Shown here in pieces: positions 30,188 through 33,116 of a stretch of 33,116 nucleotides of DNA. The DNA comes from Cyanophora paradoxa CCMP329 (Eukaryota; Plantae; Glaucophyta), in contig QPMI01000661.1 in NCBI GenBank assembly GCA_004431415.1, forward strand, positions 1 to 33,116, read 5' to 3'. The first letter of the stretch is position 1; each line of letters opens with the position of its first letter. Below the pieces are notes generated by a model, which was not told the DNA's origin, searched no databases, and worked only from the letters and a program-made list of their open reading frames with translations. A program made the position numbers and the translations under genes.

Positions 30188-33116
30188 ATGCCCCGAATTA
30201 GCAACAGACTCATTAGAGAGAAGAAATGGGAACTCATGGGATTACTGGGAACACTGTATGCAGCCCATGAAATCACAGAGGCTGAATATGACCGGGAAAT
30301 CGGATTTATTTCAAGGGGCAGACCCACTTTAGCAAAATTAACCAGAAAAGCCAATAACCTCTATGACAAAGTTGAGACTCTTGATGAACTCGATCGCCTG
30401 AGGCAAATAGAACCAGAGGAGAAGATGGAACAGCCATGAATGAATTATATCGCTGGCTCACATACAGAGCCAGAAGGGAAGTTGTGGTAGATGTGATTGA
30501 ATATTTAGATAGAATTGCAACCTCTCTACCAAAACGTTTAAGAGATAGTCTGGATCAATTCAGGGCAATCAAAGTTCGCTTGTCGTTTATCTGCAAGTTC
30601 GTAAAAGTCAGCAATCCACAGGTTTGGATATCGAAATACATTTACAGCGATTATTTTGTATTAACCAAATCGAGAAATATTCGAACTGAGCTGAATAAAG
30701 CAGCCCAAATGTGTCAGGAACAGATGAATGTTGTGATAGCTATCGATTGAGAGAATCGAAATGCTAAGAGTTGCTATTATGAGTTATGCCCCAACTGGTG
30801 GCTGCTATGTTAAAACACCAGAATCAATTGCAGCTAAGAAAGCCACAGTGAATATTCGAAATATTGATGATTCTTGCTTTGAAAATGCCATTTTGGCATG
30901 GATCCATAGGAAAGATGTAATTCCCACAAGAGAAGAGTGAGCTTACACAATATCGCAAATGGAAATACTCACCAACCACATACAATCCTTTGGCTCTCAA
31001 TTTTCGACAATATCCCATTCCCTGTTCCTGTGGATGCTGAAATCATTGATAAATTCGAATCTCAAAATGCAGGCATCAGCATAAACATATTTGGAATGGA
31101 TGAGGTTATATATCCCCTGCATCAATCCAGCAACCCAGGCAGAGAAAGCAAAAGATTAATCTAATGCTCATTCATGATGATGAAGGGAATGGTCACTATA
31201 TTACTATCATGTCCCTTTCAAGACTTCTCAGAGTTGCCCTTGATAAAACCAAGGATCAAAAGTTACACTACTGTGATACATGCTTATCTCGATTCAGGTC
31301 TGAGGCTAAACTCACTGCTCATGTGGACTCAAACAGATGCATTGATTGGAGACTCTCAAAGGGAATCACCCTAACCTGGACACCACATAGAGTTTGGACT
31401 GAAAAACCTCAGGAAAACTGTCTGGCTTCCTGTTTGTGGTTACTGCAAGATTGAACATAGAAGCATCCCCATTGATGCATCGAAATCCAAGAGAAAGTCT
31501 CAGCAGTCAACTAGAATAGTCACTGGGGCAGATGTTCAGGAGTTTCGATTTGAGGGTCAGGATCCAATGGGAGGTCTGTTTGAATGCTTGGAGTCCAAAG
31601 CAAGAGAGCTAATCGATTTCCTGTTTCACCAATATTCCATGAATGAACTCACAGATGAGCAAAAGGCTTTTACAGGCTACAAACACTGTTACCTTTGCAG
31701 TGAGGTTCACCAAGGAAAACTTCAAATGCAGGGATCATGATCACCACACAGGTCATTACATTGCACCTGCATGCAGAAACTGCAATCTCCATAGGAGAAT
31801 CTCAAAGCAAACAAAGTAGCAGTGGTTGTTGACCAAATGGATGACTGTGGACATTCATTTTCAGAAAAATAGCAGGCATGGGTGATAAAAAGCGAATCGA
31901 AATCCTTTCGAAAAACTTTGATCAATACCTTTCATTGCAATGGGTTCTTTACAAGTTCATTGATGCAAGTAATTTTATGGATTTGGGCTGCTGATGTAGA
32001 TGAGTTAATGACAAATTCCAGGCTTTAGAAGGCTTTCACACTCAGTATATGGACTTGACCCAGTTCATTATGTATCTGCACCTGGGTTATCTTGGGATGC
32101 TATGCTTAGGACCACCAAGGCAAAAATAGAGCTTATAAGTGATGTAGAGCAATACGAATTTGTTGAGAGGGGAATCAGGGGTGGCTTTGCAACAATGCCT
32201 TGTAGGTATGCTGAGGCTGATGGTGAGAACTCCCATATAATGCTGTTTGATGCTAACAACTTGTATGGCTACTGTTTGAGTCAGCCAATCCCAGTTGGTG
32301 ATTTTAGATGGGAGACCGAATTCAACCCACAAGATAACAGATCCAGTTTCCTGGAAGTTGATCTGGATTACCCAATTAGGCTATATCTAGACCACAGTGA
32401 TTTCCCCCTAATTATTAACAAGAAAATAGTAGAATATGCAGAATTATCACAATATCAAAAGAGCCTATTAGATCTCTCAGGAGAAGAGCTTGATAAAACC
32501 CCTAAGCTAACTGCAACCTTTGGTTCTGTGACCAACTATGTGATTTCTGAGCCTCTTCTACAGTATCTGTTGGACAAAGGGTGAAACTAAAGAAGGTTCA
32601 CAGGGTCCTATCATTTACTGTGGCTCCTGTAATGAAACCCTACATTGAGCTGAATACTGAGATGAGAAGGAAAGCAGTGAATAAATTCGAGGCTGATTTC
32701 TATAAGCTCATGAATAACTCAATCTATGGGAAATGCATTGAATCTGCAGAGGTAGATCTGTGGTTAAGATTGCAAACAGTGAGAAACTGTTTATGAAATA
32801 TGCAGCCTCCCATTGGTGAAATCAACAAGTCCCATAAACGAAAAAGCAGTTGCCTTTGAGTTTTACACAAAGCATGTGAAGCTAGATAAGCCAGTTGCTA
32901 TTGGGGCTTATGTTTTGGATGCAGCCAAACTGCATAACTACAAGTTCTTCTATGATACTGTAAGGTCCCAATGGACAAAAGCAAAGTTACTATTCCATGA
33001 TACTGACTCCTTTTGTCTATATATCGAATCTAAGACCCTACAAAAAGATATAGAGAATATATCTTATGCTTGGACCTAGGGGATCTAACAGAATGACCCC
33101 AGGTAAATACAAAAAT
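30188..33116 (+). CDS. polB: Protein-primed family B DNA polymerase (Polinton/adintovirus-type architecture), frameshifted, runs off window
   Basis: GGCYVKTPESIAAKKATVNIRNIDDSCF, GHYITI..CDTC..H (C2H2), RDHDHHTG..AC..CNL (EndoVII-like), GLDPVHYVSAPGLSWDAM, GIRGG, FDANNLYG, KLMNNSIYGK, HDTDS. The N-terminal 30188-30750 ORFs are tentatively included. Confidence 0.9.

Larger units (their letters stand above)
8699..33116. mobile_element. Element B: second endogenous Polinton-like virus (>24 kb, right end outside window)
   Basis: Has its own MCP, two pentons, ATPase, pPolB and primase-helicase, and a different CpG usage from element A. Begins where the PolB of element A breaks off. Confidence 0.85.

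Noticed and set aside
365-33116. Programmed frameshifting or an alternative genetic code explaining the split genes
   Set aside because: Breaks are scattered 1-nt indels, often in homopolymers and even in a host exon. Long-read error or decay is simpler, and several long ORFs are intact in the standard code.
460-33116. Adenain-like maturation protease, or bacterial prophage identity
   Set aside because: No cysteine-protease motif was recognised in the window (it may lie outside). The capsid, ATPase and PolB set and the intron-containing flank indicate eukaryotic Polinton-like viruses despite the phage-like accessory domains.

Overview
Eukaryotic (protist-like) genomic DNA. Bases 1-459 are very GC-rich host sequence: three exons of an RtcB tRNA-splicing ligase gene, with all three visible splice donors being GC (CAG|GCCCG). 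At ~460, inside an rtcB intron, composition switches abruptly to an endogenous Polinton-like virus (element A, ~460-8698). A encodes a penton, double jelly-roll MCP, A32-type packaging ATPase, HNH-AP2 endonuclease, rve integrase and protein-primed PolB. Its PolB is cut off at ~8698 by a second, related but divergent and larger Polinton-like virus (element B, ~8699 to beyond the window end). B encodes an AdoMetDC, two paralogous fibre-like proteins, a ~6-kb modular phage-type fibre with an S74 chaperone, a patatin-discoidin fusion, two pentons, MCP, ATPase, a PrimPol-SF3 helicase, two RING proteins and a pPolB with a degenerate, partly deleted exonuclease domain. The most unusual non-coding feature is a 9-bp-iteron hairpin present twice (9233-9353 and 26089-26209). 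The two copies have flanks in direct orientation, but their 59-bp cores are reverse complements (flip/flop isomers), and one copy lies just downstream of the helicase gene. Many genes, including one host exon, carry 1-nt frameshifts, so read errors cannot be separated from decay. All protein calls are from motif recognition by eye; no database search was run.
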